DNA of 64,000 nucleotides from Patescibacteria group bacterium (GTDB lineage Bacteria; Patescibacteriota; Patescibacteriia; 2-12-FULL-60-25): NCBI GenBank assembly GCA_023229665.1, contig JALNYW010000002.1, positions 92,988 to 156,987 of the forward strand, read 5' to 3'. Shown piece by piece: positions 27,205 to 35,442 of this stretch (position 1 is its first letter; each line of letters starts with the position of its first letter). The notes under the pieces were generated by a model. It saw only the letters and a program-made list of their open reading frames with translations, ran no database searches and was not told where the DNA came from. The position numbers and the translations under genes were made by a program.

Positions 27205-28566
27205 GTGACGACATACAAAAAGGCGGGACTGACCGCCGAACAGTACAAGATCGCGGACGTATTCCCTGGTCTTCTCGACCTGGACCGGCCACAGGCGAAG
27301 CTCATGTACAAGGATGAGCACTCGCTCTTCCGTGGCGAAGCCAAGCGTAAGCGCCGCCAGGAGCGCCATCTGAATAGCTTCTTCCGTCGCCGTCAGCTGC
27401 TCGACTACTCGCCGGGCGTGCTGCGTGACAATGAGCTCGTGCATTTCCACGACTTCTACGTCGGCCGTTTGCGCGATGTCTCGCGTCGCAGCTTCCCGAT
27501 GTACGGGAAGGGCACGTACGAGCAGAACGAAGATCGCTTCCGTCGTTCGGTAGCGGACGTCGAGAGCGTATACGCGTATTTGCGTAAGCTCGCACCGGAA
27601 GAGGTGCTTGTCGGACGCCGTTATGTCCGCATCCATGAGCATTTGAAGCTCGTGGATGACGTGCGCACTGAAGACCCGCTGGAGCTGCTTCGTCTCGCAA
27701 AGCTCCGCGATCGCATGGTCAGCCACCAGGCACGTTGCCGGCTCATTCTCGCGCAGACCTGTTTCAGCGCGCGGATGGATGGCTATGCGCCGGATGAGCT
27801 GCGCACGTACGAAGAGGATTTGCGCGGGGCCATGGACCGAGCCTTCTTCGCCGATCCGGAGGGCGAGCCCGTCCACATCGTGGCCGAGCTTGATCCGAAC
27901 GATCACTACGTCTGCAAGCGCCACCACGTGGTGGAAGTGGGACAGCCGGTGCCGGAGCCGCGTGACGACTTGTTCGTTATGCAGGTGTATCGCCGTGCGG
28001 TGCCGCGCCGCCGCAAGCCGGGCGCACCGCCCATCCACATCTACTTCTTCTTGCGTCACAAGCAGCGCATGCTCCTGAAGCAGCTCGACAAGGGCATCAT
28101 CTTCCCGCAGACCGTGGGCATCGGCGATTCCGTCGCCATGATGTTCGTGGTCGAGCGCGAGGACCTGAGCAAGCTCGTGTCCGAGGTTCAGGAAGTGGTG
28201 GTGCCGAATCCGGGTATGGTGGCGGACCTCAACTCCTCCATCGGGCATCGGTTGGGGAGCGAGCGTCTCGATCCCCGAAACCGGCGTTCGAGCAAGCTCT
28301 ACGAAGCCATGAAGTACGGGGCGCGCATCGAAGACCGCATGGTCGAGGTGCAGTTCCTACCCATGGCGGCGTGGATCAATTCGCTCGCCGCACGTTCCGA
28401 CGTGAATCACGCCTGGTACAAGATGAAGCGCTATGCCGCGAGTGCCTACCCGACGCTCTTTCCCGAAACCTGGTCCGGCATTCCGTGGCGCTCGCGGGCG
28501 TTGCAGAATCGCTGCATCGCGCACTCCATCAGCCACCTGAGTGAGCCGAAAATCCTGAGACCCTGA
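27205..28566 (+). CDS. hypothetical protein with C-terminal RelA/SpoT-like nucleotidyltransferase motifs (453 aa)
   Basis: GTG start after TAGGGAGG. The C-terminal ~150 aa carry RHKQRMLLKQLDKG, IGDSVAMMFVVE, KLYEAMKY, MVEVQF and HAWYKMKRY, in the same order as the RSH synthetase motifs (RxKS..K / DxxGxR / YxxxH / ExQ / HxxYK). The N-terminal ~280 aa are unrecognised. Confidence 0.6.
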   Translation: MTTYKKAGLTAEQYKIADVFPGLLDLDRPQAKLMYKDEHSLFRGEAKRKRRQERHLNSFFRRRQLLDYSPGVLRDNELVHFHDFYVGRLRDVSRRSFPMYGKGTYEQNEDRFRRSVADVESVYAYLRKLAPEEVLVGRRYVRIHEHLKLVDDVRTEDPLELLRLAKLRDRMVSHQARCRLILAQTCFSARMDGYAPDELRTYEEDLRGAMDRAFFADPEGEPVHIVAELDPNDHYVCKRHHVVEVGQPVPEPRDDLFVMQVYRRAVPRRRKPGAPPIHIYFFLRHKQRMLLKQLDKGIIFPQTVGIGDSVAMMFVVEREDLSKLVSEVQEVVVPNPGMVADLNSSIGHRLGSERLDPRNRRSSKLYEAMKYGARIEDRMVEVQFLPMAAWINSLAARSDVNHAWYKMKRYAASAYPTLFPETWSGIPWRSRALQNRCIAHSISHLSEPKILRP

Positions 28567-28579
28567 CGGTCTCTTTTTT
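28557..28579 (+). terminator. intrinsic terminator
   Basis: GAGACCctgaCGGTCTC followed by T6. The stop codon lies in the loop. Confidence 0.7.
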
Positions 28580-28585
28580 GTTGCG

Positions 28586-28614
28586 TTGACGAGGTTCCGC
28601 CTTGGCGGGATATT
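28586..28614 (+). promoter_or_regulatory. orphan promoter TTGACG-17-GATATT
   Basis: No ORF follows. It precedes the structured region 28621-28815. Confidence 0.45.
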
Positions 28615-28620
28615 GGAGGG

Positions 28621-28815
28621 GCCGGTGTGAGAATTCGGGACAACCTTTCGACTCTTAGGGTCTGGACGGCGCACCCGCCTTGGCGGGGGAGCGAGGACCC
28701 TGGGCGGCACAAACCATTTCCTTCAACGCCTGTCCTGGTTTCGACTGGGACGCGCGTCTCCGGTTTGGCCTCAAGCCCCATTGCGATGAGCCGAATGTCT
28801 CACATCGGTTTTTTG
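28621..28815 (+). ncRNA. candidate ~195-nt structured ncRNA (rod-like, 6S-like architecture; family unassigned)
   Basis: 17-bp closing helix CCGGTGTGAGAATTCGG (28622-28638) / CCGAATGTCTCACATCGG (28791-28808) followed by T6. Internal hairpins AGGGTC...GACCCT and CCCGCCttgGCGGGG. No credible ORF. Confidence 0.45.
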
Positions 28816-28862
28816 GTATCCATTTTTTATAAAAAAAGCTCCGGCAGAGCCGAAGCGAGGGA

Positions 28863-30239
28863 TCAGTAGCTCACGACGAGCGTGACGGGGAGCGGGGAAG
28901 GGGCGAAGTAGCGCGGCACGCCGTTCAGGAGCGCGTTCACGTCAGGATTGTTGTACTCCTGACCGACGCTCGAGAGGATCGTGGTGACCCCCAGTCCGGG
29001 GATGATCGGCGGGAGCGCCGAGATCTCGTTGGCCCACGCGAACGTCTCGTTGTCGCACGCCAGCTCTTGGACGGCGAGCGTGTCGAGATGGACGCGGCGC
29101 AGGCGGTTGCATCCGCCTCCGGCGACGTCGGCCGGCGCCCGCTGCCAGTACAGCCAGGGGCTGTCCGGAGTGAAGCGGTCGTAGTCGACGCCATCGGTGA
29201 GATCGCCGAGGCCCGGGGTCGGAGGGACCACCGGGCGTACCAGGCCCCACGTGCCGGCCATGAAGTCACCAGACTTCGCGAACGGCGGGAGATTGGTGTC
29301 GAGCAGGGCGGCCCGCTCGATGCAGTAGAGACCGCTGCTCGGGGTCATCAGGACAGGGTTCATGCCCAGCGTTACCGCGAAGCAGACCTCGTCCGAGTAC
29401 GCCGCATAGGCGATCGAGTGCGCGCCCGGGTAGAGCCCGAGTCCCGGCGGCAAGCCGAGGAACGGGGGCGCGGGCGTCACGAGCGTGTACGGCGAGACGT
29501 TTCCGTCTGCGTCGAGACCGACCCCTTCGATCGTTCCGCCGACGGCGCCCGCGAAGCGGGGGTCGATGAGCGCGAATGACCAGGAGTCGAGCGAGGCGTC
29601 CGAGACCCAGACCGAGCCCCAGGCATTGTCCGTGACCGCGACCCGTCCTCCGGGAAGGAGGGCGATCGATCCGGGGTAGGCCAGCCCATCGGGCAGGTTT
29701 CCGGGAGCGAGCGCTTGGGTGTTGAGCGGGAGGACATGCGTCTCGCGCAGGGTGGTGGTCAGACCGCTATTCGTCTGGAACCGGTACGAGTACCGGTACA
29801 GGCGGGCGGCGACCGTTCCCATGAGCAGCGGCGGAACCCGGTTGTCGAGGACGAGGAACTGGCCTTCGCTACTGCCCAGCGGCAAGGTGCGACGGAACCA
29901 TTCGATCTTGATCGACAGCGGGGTGCCCCAGCCTTCCGGCGGGGGCGTGACATCCGCGAGCACATGACCTCCCACGCGACGGGCCGCGTGGATGCCACGG
30001 GCTCGCTCGGGCGAATCCGTGGGTTGTACTGCGAAGAGTACCGCCGTGTCTCCGCCGACTCCGTGGATGGCGAATCCATCGGAGAACTCGGCGAGCGTGA
30101 TGGGTCCGACCGCGATGTGGTCGTGGCTCACCACGAGCTCTTCTGCCGCGGCAGCTTCGGACGGTGCCGAATTGCTGCAGCCGGAGAGCGCGCTAACGAA
30201 GCAAAGGAAGACAGACGCCAGGAACTTCTTACGGTTCAT
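28863..30239 (-). CDS. hypothetical lipoprotein (458 aa)
   Basis: MNRKKFLASVFLCFVSALSGC lipobox signal. Gly/Pro-rich, beta-rich sequence. High GC3. Terminator GCTTCGGctctgCCGGAGC-T7 downstream. Confidence 0.6.
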   Translation of the reverse strand: MNRKKFLASVFLCFVSALSGCSNSAPSEAAAAEELVVSHDHIAVGPITLAEFSDGFAIHGVGGDTAVLFAVQPTDSPERARGIHAARRVGGHVLADVTPPPEGWGTPLSIKIEWFRRTLPLGSSEGQFLVLDNRVPPLLMGTVAARLYRYSYRFQTNSGLTTTLRETHVLPLNTQALAPGNLPDGLAYPGSIALLPGGRVAVTDNAWGSVWVSDASLDSWSFALIDPRFAGAVGGTIEGVGLDADGNVSPYTLVTPAPPFLGLPPGLGLYPGAHSIAYAAYSDEVCFAVTLGMNPVLMTPSSGLYCIERAALLDTNLPPFAKSGDFMAGTWGLVRPVVPPTPGLGDLTDGVDYDRFTPDSPWLYWQRAPADVAGGGCNRLRRVHLDTLAVQELACDNETFAWANEISALPPIIPGLGVTTILSSVGQEYNNPDVNALLNGVPRYFAPSPLPVTLVVSY

Positions 30240-30398
30240 CCCTAACCTTTCTTTTCTGACCATGCGTGGCACATGCAACGCCGGCTGATTCTAATTTTTT
30301 TGTACGAGGCTGACAAGATGGGGAGGGTCTTTGACTTCCTTTTTCCTTCAAGTAAGGTCCAGCCGCCGGATAGTCCGGTCTTTTACAGGGAGGCCCGC

Positions 30399-31511
30399 AT
30401 GGGCGACGAACAGATCACCTACAAGGATGCGGGCGTGGACTACAGTAACCTCGACCCGTTCAAGCGTCTGGCCCAGGAGTCGGCACGGCGCACGGCCGAT
30501 TACCTCGAGCGCCACGGCTACCGCGAGCTCGAGGCCAGCCGCGGCGAGAGCGCCTATCTCATCGACATCGGCGACCGCTACCTCGCTCACGTGGAGGAGG
30601 GACTCGGCACCAAGAACCTCGTGGCCGACGCCATGCTGAAGCTGGCCGAATGCGACTACTACGCCTCGGTCGCGATCGACACGGTCGCGATGATCGTCAA
30701 CGACATGCTCACGGTCGGCGCGCTGCCGGTGTCGCTCGCGATGCATGCGGCCGTCGGCGACGACGCCTGGTTCACGAACGAGGCCCGCACGAAGTCGCTC
30801 ATCGAGGGGTGGCTGCGCGCATGCCGCTACGCGCACTGTGCGTGGGGCGGTGGCGAGACGCCGACGCTCAAGGGCATTGTGAACCCCGAGGCGATCGTGC
30901 TTTCGGGCTCGGGCGTCGGCTTCGTCCGCAAGGACCAGATCATGCTCGGCTCGCGCATCTGCGCGGGCGATGCGATCGTCATCCTCACGAGCAGCGGCAT
31001 CCATGCGAACGGGCTCTCGCTCGCACGCAAGGTCGCCGAGAAGCTGCCGGAGAGCTACCTGCACCGGCTGCCCAGCGGCGAGACCTTCGGCCGCGTGCTC
31101 CTGCGCCCGACGCACATCTACGCGCGTCTCATCCACGCGATGCAGCAGGCGGGGATCGAGTGCCACTACGGCGTGAACATCACGGGCCACGGCTGGCGCA
31201 AGCTGATGCGGGCGTCCCAGCCGTTCAACTACGTCCTCGACGAGCTGCCGCCGGTGCCGGAGGAGTTCGATCTCATCCAGGAGATGAGCAAGAACTCCGA
31301 CCGCGACATGTATGGCACCTTCAACATGGGAGGGGGCTTCGCCCTCTTCCTGCCGCAGGACTCGGCGCACCAGCTCATGGAGCTCGCCGCGACCCTGAAG
31401 CTCTCCTACAAGATCATCTACGCCGGCCGCGTCGAAGCGGCCGAGCGGAAGCGGGTCGTGCTCGTGCCGAAGGACATCGAGTACACCGCCGAGGACCTCC
31501 AGGTCCGCTGA
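30399..31511 (+). CDS. purM: phosphoribosylformylglycinamidine cyclo-ligase (AIR synthase)
   Basis: ACAGGGAGG SD. PurM motifs YKDAGVD, EEGLGTKN, GGGET, TSSGIHANGLSLARK, MYGTFNMGGGF. Confidence 0.8.
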   Translation: MGDEQITYKDAGVDYSNLDPFKRLAQESARRTADYLERHGYRELEASRGESAYLIDIGDRYLAHVEEGLGTKNLVADAMLKLAECDYYASVAIDTVAMIVNDMLTVGALPVSLAMHAAVGDDAWFTNEARTKSLIEGWLRACRYAHCAWGGGETPTLKGIVNPEAIVLSGSGVGFVRKDQIMLGSRICAGDAIVILTSSGIHANGLSLARKVAEKLPESYLHRLPSGETFGRVLLRPTHIYARLIHAMQQAGIECHYGVNITGHGWRKLMRASQPFNYVLDELPPVPEEFDLIQEMSKNSDRDMYGTFNMGGGFALFLPQDSAHQLMELAATLKLSYKIIYAGRVEAAERKRVVLVPKDIEYTAEDLQVR

Positions 31512-31579
31512 CGAGCTCCGATCCCGGGGCTCTTTTCTTTTTCGGCAGGTTCTGATACTTTCTCCGAGCAAAACAACCC

Positions 31580-31654
31580 GCCGAGGTAGCTCAGTGGTAG
31601 AGCGAAGGACTGAAAATCCTTGCGTCGCCAGTTCAATCCTGGCCCTCGGCACCA
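31580..31654 (+). tRNA. tRNA-Phe (anticodon GAA), CCA encoded
   Basis: GCCGAGG acceptor, anticodon arm AAGGA-CTGAAAA-TCCTT, T arm GCCAG-TTCAATC-CTGGC. Confidence 0.95.
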
Positions 31655-31656
31655 TC

Positions 31657-31682
31657 AAAACCCCGCCATCCGGCGGGGTTTT
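31657..31682 (+). terminator. intrinsic terminator
   Basis: AAAACCCCGCCatcCGGCGGGGTTTT. Confidence 0.7.
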
Positions 31683-31733
31683 GCGTTATGAGCGTTTATG
31701 GAGGTGCTGCTCGTGTGATAATGTCGCCTCGCT

Positions 31734-32498
31734 ATGAAAGTAATTTCATTGAATACCTGGGGCGGCCGGGCAGGGAAGGAAAAGCTCCTTACGTTTTTTG
31801 CGGCTCACAAGGATGTCGATGTTTTCTGCCTTCAAGAAATTTGGTCTGCGCCATACGATCACCTCGAAGGTCATGCAGCTGGGGGTCTGGGCATCGATCA
31901 TTCGCAGATCATGGTTTACGGACTGCAAGAAATCTCCGCCTTGCTCGACAGTCATACGGCGTACTTCAGGCCGCATCATCTGGATAATTACGGCCTTCTG
32001 ATGTTGGTGAAAAAGGATCTTGACGTGATTGCCGAGGGTGACGTGTTCGTCCATAAAGAGCGCGGCCACATTCCCCAAGGGGATGTGGGGTTACATGCGA
32101 GAAATATTCAATTTATCACCATCGCAACGAAGCAGGGGAACCGAACCCTATTAAACTTTCACGGCCTTTGGAATGGAGGCGGCAAGGGGGACGGCGAGGA
32201 CAGGTTGCTTCAGTCGGACAGGATGATTCAGTTTATGAAAACCTTGGCCAATCCATATGTCCTCTGTGGCGATTTCAACCTTTTGCCGGAGACGAAGAGC
32301 TTGAAGGTATTGGAGGATTTCGGACTACGAAATCTCGTCAAAGAGTTCGGCATTACCTCGACTCGTACGAGCTTCTATAAAAAACCTGAAAAGTTTGCGG
32401 ACTACGCTTTTGTTAGCAATGGGATAATCGTAAAAGATTTTAGAGTATTACCAGACGAAGTGTCTGATCACAGTCCGCTCTACGTGGAGATTGAGTAA
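31734..32498 (+). CDS. endonuclease/exonuclease/phosphatase (EEP) family protein
   Basis: N-terminus MKVISLNTWGG...DVFCLQE and C-terminal catalytic SDHSPL. TGtGATAAT sits 11 nt before the ATG. Confidence 0.85.
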   Translation: MKVISLNTWGGRAGKEKLLTFFAAHKDVDVFCLQEIWSAPYDHLEGHAAGGLGIDHSQIMVYGLQEISALLDSHTAYFRPHHLDNYGLLMLVKKDLDVIAEGDVFVHKERGHIPQGDVGLHARNIQFITIATKQGNRTLLNFHGLWNGGGKGDGEDRLLQSDRMIQFMKTLANPYVLCGDFNLLPETKSLKVLEDFGLRNLVKEFGITSTRTSFYKKPEKFADYAFVSNGIIVKDFRVLPDEVSDHSPLYVEIE

Positions 32499-32549
32499 CC
32501 CTTTGGCGGGATTTTGCGTTTTGGATCAGTTGATGAATACTGGTGCGGT

Positions 32550-33233
32550 ATGACCCAACCTCCAAACCTCTTGAATGATGACGGGACCACTTCCATGGCC
32601 ACCATGTTGTTGATGTCGCATCACGCCTTCCGCCGTGACATCGCGCGGCTTATCCGCGCCGTGGCAGAAATCAAAGCCGGCGATCGCTCGCGCGCTGAGG
32701 CAGTGCGCGGTGAATGGGAAAAGAGCTACCGCCAAGCTCTGCACGGACATCACACGATGGAAGACGCTCATATTTTTCCGGACATCCGTGGCAAGCATCC
32801 TGAGCTGGCCGCGGCGCTTGATACGCTCACGGACCAGCATCATCAAATTGATCCTGTGCTCGAAAAAGGGGACGCGGCCTTTGCTGATCTCGCGCATCCG
32901 GAGAAAGCCGAAGCCGTCTTGAATGAGTTGAAAATGTTCCTCGATCAACACTTGGCTTTTGAAGAAGCGGAAATCACCCCCTTCTTACGCGACGCGAAGG
33001 ATTTCCCGGTTCCGCCTGACGAGAACATGGCCGCCATCTACGCTCAAGGTTTTTCTTGGAGCATGCAAGGAATCGCTCCCGAAGTCGTTGAGCGTGTTCG
33101 CGAGATGTTACCGGAAATCCTGCTTGTAAAACTGCCAGCCGCACAGGCCGAATTCGAAGCGCGTTCCGAACGCGTCTGGGGAGCCTATGCCGTTGGGTCG
33201 GCGACGACGTCGATCCCGAACGATTACAAGTAA
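32550..33233 (+). CDS. hemerythrin HHE cation-binding domain protein
   Basis: His/Glu-rich four-helix pattern (MSHHAFRRD, HHTMEDAHIFP, DQHHQID, HLAFEEAEI). TTG start at 32514 is the alternative. Confidence 0.7.
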   Translation: MTQPPNLLNDDGTTSMATMLLMSHHAFRRDIARLIRAVAEIKAGDRSRAEAVRGEWEKSYRQALHGHHTMEDAHIFPDIRGKHPELAAALDTLTDQHHQIDPVLEKGDAAFADLAHPEKAEAVLNELKMFLDQHLAFEEAEITPFLRDAKDFPVPPDENMAAIYAQGFSWSMQGIAPEVVERVREMLPEILLVKLPAAQAEFEARSERVWGAYAVGSATTSIPNDYK

Positions 33234-33259
33234 AAAAAATCCGCCTGGGGCGGAGGGAG

Positions 33260-33859
33260 TCAGCCGGCGCGGGGTCGCGCGATGGCTCGGCTGGTGAAGA
33301 ACTCCGTCAGACCGCGGCGGAGCTCTTCGTCCTTGCCATAGGTCCAGCACATGACCCCTGTGCGGTGCAGGTACATCGGGTGCAGCGGAGCCCTGATGCC
33401 GGCTCGACGCAGGCAGAGGACGGGTTTGCAACGCGTCAGGGCGTGCTCGATGAGCGCGCCTCGCGTGTCGCTTTCGAATTCGTCCATCACGACGACGGCG
33501 TCGCATTCCTTGATGGCGCTCAGGAAGGCTTCGCGGATGCGAACGACATCCTTCGCCTGCTCCTCTAGGACTTCGACGGTAGATGCGTGGTCGCGGGGAT
33601 CCTCGACGAGAACGCGATGCTTCACATCCGGTTCCGGCCGAGGGATGCCGTGTGGCGGCGTTGAGACGCGACGGAAGGTTCCGCTCGTCTTTTCGCGCAT
33701 GACACGGCCATAGGCGCCAAGAGCAGCTCGGACGTCCGCGTACCGTTCGATCTCCTTGTCTTGGACATCGAAGGTGCGATGGGCTCGTCCTACGGGGATG
33801 ACTTGTCCGACGGGGATGAGTTGTTCAAGCTCGTGCGCGAGGAAGAGAATCTGTCTCAT
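33260..33859 (-). CDS. hypothetical protein with nucleoside 2-deoxyribosyltransferase / LOG-like Rossmannoid motif
   Basis: GAGGAGGTG SD. CDAVVVMDEFESDTRGALIEHALTRCKPVLCL resembles aDvvvA.ld..DsGTa.E.G.A...gKPv. High GC3. Confidence 0.5.
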   Translation of the reverse strand: MRQILFLAHELEQLIPVGQVIPVGRAHRTFDVQDKEIERYADVRAALGAYGRVMREKTSGTFRRVSTPPHGIPRPEPDVKHRVLVEDPRDHASTVEVLEEQAKDVVRIREAFLSAIKECDAVVVMDEFESDTRGALIEHALTRCKPVLCLRRAGIRAPLHPMYLHRTGVMCWTYGKDEELRRGLTEFFTSRAIARPRAG

Positions 33860-33960
33860 GCCGCACCTCCTCATTCCCACCATAACATGAAGACGTGCGT
33901 TTTTGTCCAGGGAAGTGTGGAAGTATTTAAATAAAAATCTTTCTTCCTTAGATGGGAGGC

Positions 33961-33989
33961 TTGCAAAACGGAAGGCTTTATCGTAGATT
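33961..33989 (+). promoter_or_regulatory. promoter TTGCAA-17-TAGATT for tRNA-Gly
   Basis: Hexamer spacing of 17 nt. -10 element ends 22 nt before the tRNA. Confidence 0.45.
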
Positions 33990-34011
33990 GCGTCGCGTCA
34001 GCAGAAGGCAC

Positions 34012-34086
34012 GCGGGTGTCGTATAGTGGCTATTACCGCAGGTTTCCAACCTGCTGAGAGGGGTTCGATTCCCCTCACCCGCTCCA
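34012..34086 (+). tRNA. tRNA-Gly (anticodon TCC), CCA encoded
   Basis: GCGGGTG acceptor, anticodon arm GCAGG-TTTCCAA-CCTGC, T arm GGGG-TTCGATT-CCCC. Confidence 0.95.
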
Positions 34087-34088
34087 CC

Positions 34089-34117
34089 AAAAACCCCTCC
34101 GGATCGGAGGGGTTTTT
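34089..34117 (+). terminator. intrinsic terminator
   Basis: AAAAACCCCTCCggatCGGAGGGGTTTTT. Confidence 0.7.
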
Positions 34118-34122
34118 GTTTG

Positions 34123-35415
34123 TTAGTTTCGCGGGCCGCAATGGGAGTTCGGAAGTTCGGTGATGCGTTCGCGTTTCCAGATTTCCGATTCGCGGTTGTA
34201 TTCAAACCCGAGGAAGCCGAGCGTGAGTCCGACGACGGCGCGTTGGCGCATGCCGCCTTCCTGGCACGGCGGATCCGGCGTGTAGACGGTGTAGGTGTAG
34301 TTATCGAGCGAGAGATAGGGGACGACGGTTTCGCCCATCATCGCGAGCTCCAGGCGCGGGAATTCGATGCCGACGCCCATGCCCGTCGCGATCATGCCCG
34401 CGCTCACGGTTTCGCCCGTCACGGCGACATCTTGGTCGTTCAGGTCGCCCATGGACGTGACGCGGCCGCCTTCAAACGTAAAGCCGCGGCTGCCGCTATA
34501 GTTCACGGTGAAATCCGCCTGGGCAGACGCTCCGCCGCGCACTTCCGGAACCACGCGCAAATTGGCTTTGAGTTTTGCTTCCATGTAAATCGGACCGACG
34601 GTGTAGGGGATGCCGATTTCCGCCGGGATATTGAAGAGCGCTTCATCGGCGCCGAGTTCAACCGCGGCAAAAATCACGTGCAAGCGCCCCTGCAAGCCTT
34701 CTTCCTGATAATTGAAATTTTCCAATTCGCCGCCGCCATACGCGAGTCCGCCTTGCGAGCGGAAATCCGAAATAAATCCTTCGGCGCGGATGCGCGAGCG
34801 CGCGGTTCCGCCCTTGGTCGCTTCAATCATTACGTTCAAGCGGTTCTCGGCGCTATTCGGCGTGATTTCGACCGTCACATTCCACTCATTGATCTCGCCG
34901 GTAAAACTCACGCCGCTGCCATCGCTGCTTTCCCCGGATTGCGCGAGCGCGACGCCGCCAAAATACGGACGGATCTTTTCCAAATCCGAGCGGCCCATCT
35001 TGCTGAAGGAGAATGTCTGGTTCCAGTTGAATTCACCGTCCGTAATCACTTCGTTCAGGTTCGCCTTATCCGTCAAAATGACCGTCTTGCCGTTCTCGCG
35101 GATGACTTCGCGGATGCGGCGCACGGCTTTTTGCGGAAAGAGCAACGGCTTGCCCACCGGAAGATCGGAGACATTCACGTTTCCGTCAAAGATGAGTTTA
35201 TCCGGTTCGACTTTGGCGATGCGGTTCGCGATATTCTCGGAAACGAGGGTGTCATTGTCCGCATATTTCACGTTCTCCACCTTGGCTTCGGTGGCGGCCA
35301 CGGCATTGCCGGACGGTTTGCCAAGTCTGGAGGCGAGCCACATGCCGCCGCCGATCAAGATCACCAATCCGATCACGCCACCCGCGACCCCGAGCAAGAG
35401 TTTGTTGTTGTTCAT
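34123..35415 (-). CDS. membrane-anchored beta-rich hypothetical protein (430 aa)
   Basis: N-terminal anchor LLLGVAGGVIGLVILIGGGMWLA. Gly/Thr-rich extracytoplasmic domain. TGcTATACT sits 7 nt before the ATG. Confidence 0.7.
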   Translation of the reverse strand: MNNNKLLLGVAGGVIGLVILIGGGMWLASRLGKPSGNAVAATEAKVENVKYADNDTLVSENIANRIAKVEPDKLIFDGNVNVSDLPVGKPLLFPQKAVRRIREVIRENGKTVILTDKANLNEVITDGEFNWNQTFSFSKMGRSDLEKIRPYFGGVALAQSGESSDGSGVSFTGEINEWNVTVEITPNSAENRLNVMIEATKGGTARSRIRAEGFISDFRSQGGLAYGGGELENFNYQEEGLQGRLHVIFAAVELGADEALFNIPAEIGIPYTVGPIYMEAKLKANLRVVPEVRGGASAQADFTVNYSGSRGFTFEGGRVTSMGDLNDQDVAVTGETVSAGMIATGMGVGIEFPRLELAMMGETVVPYLSLDNYTYTVYTPDPPCQEGGMRQRAVVGLTLGFLGFEYNRESEIWKRERITELPNSHCGPRN

Positions 35416-35442
35416 GGGATTCAGTATAGCAAAACGCCCGGG

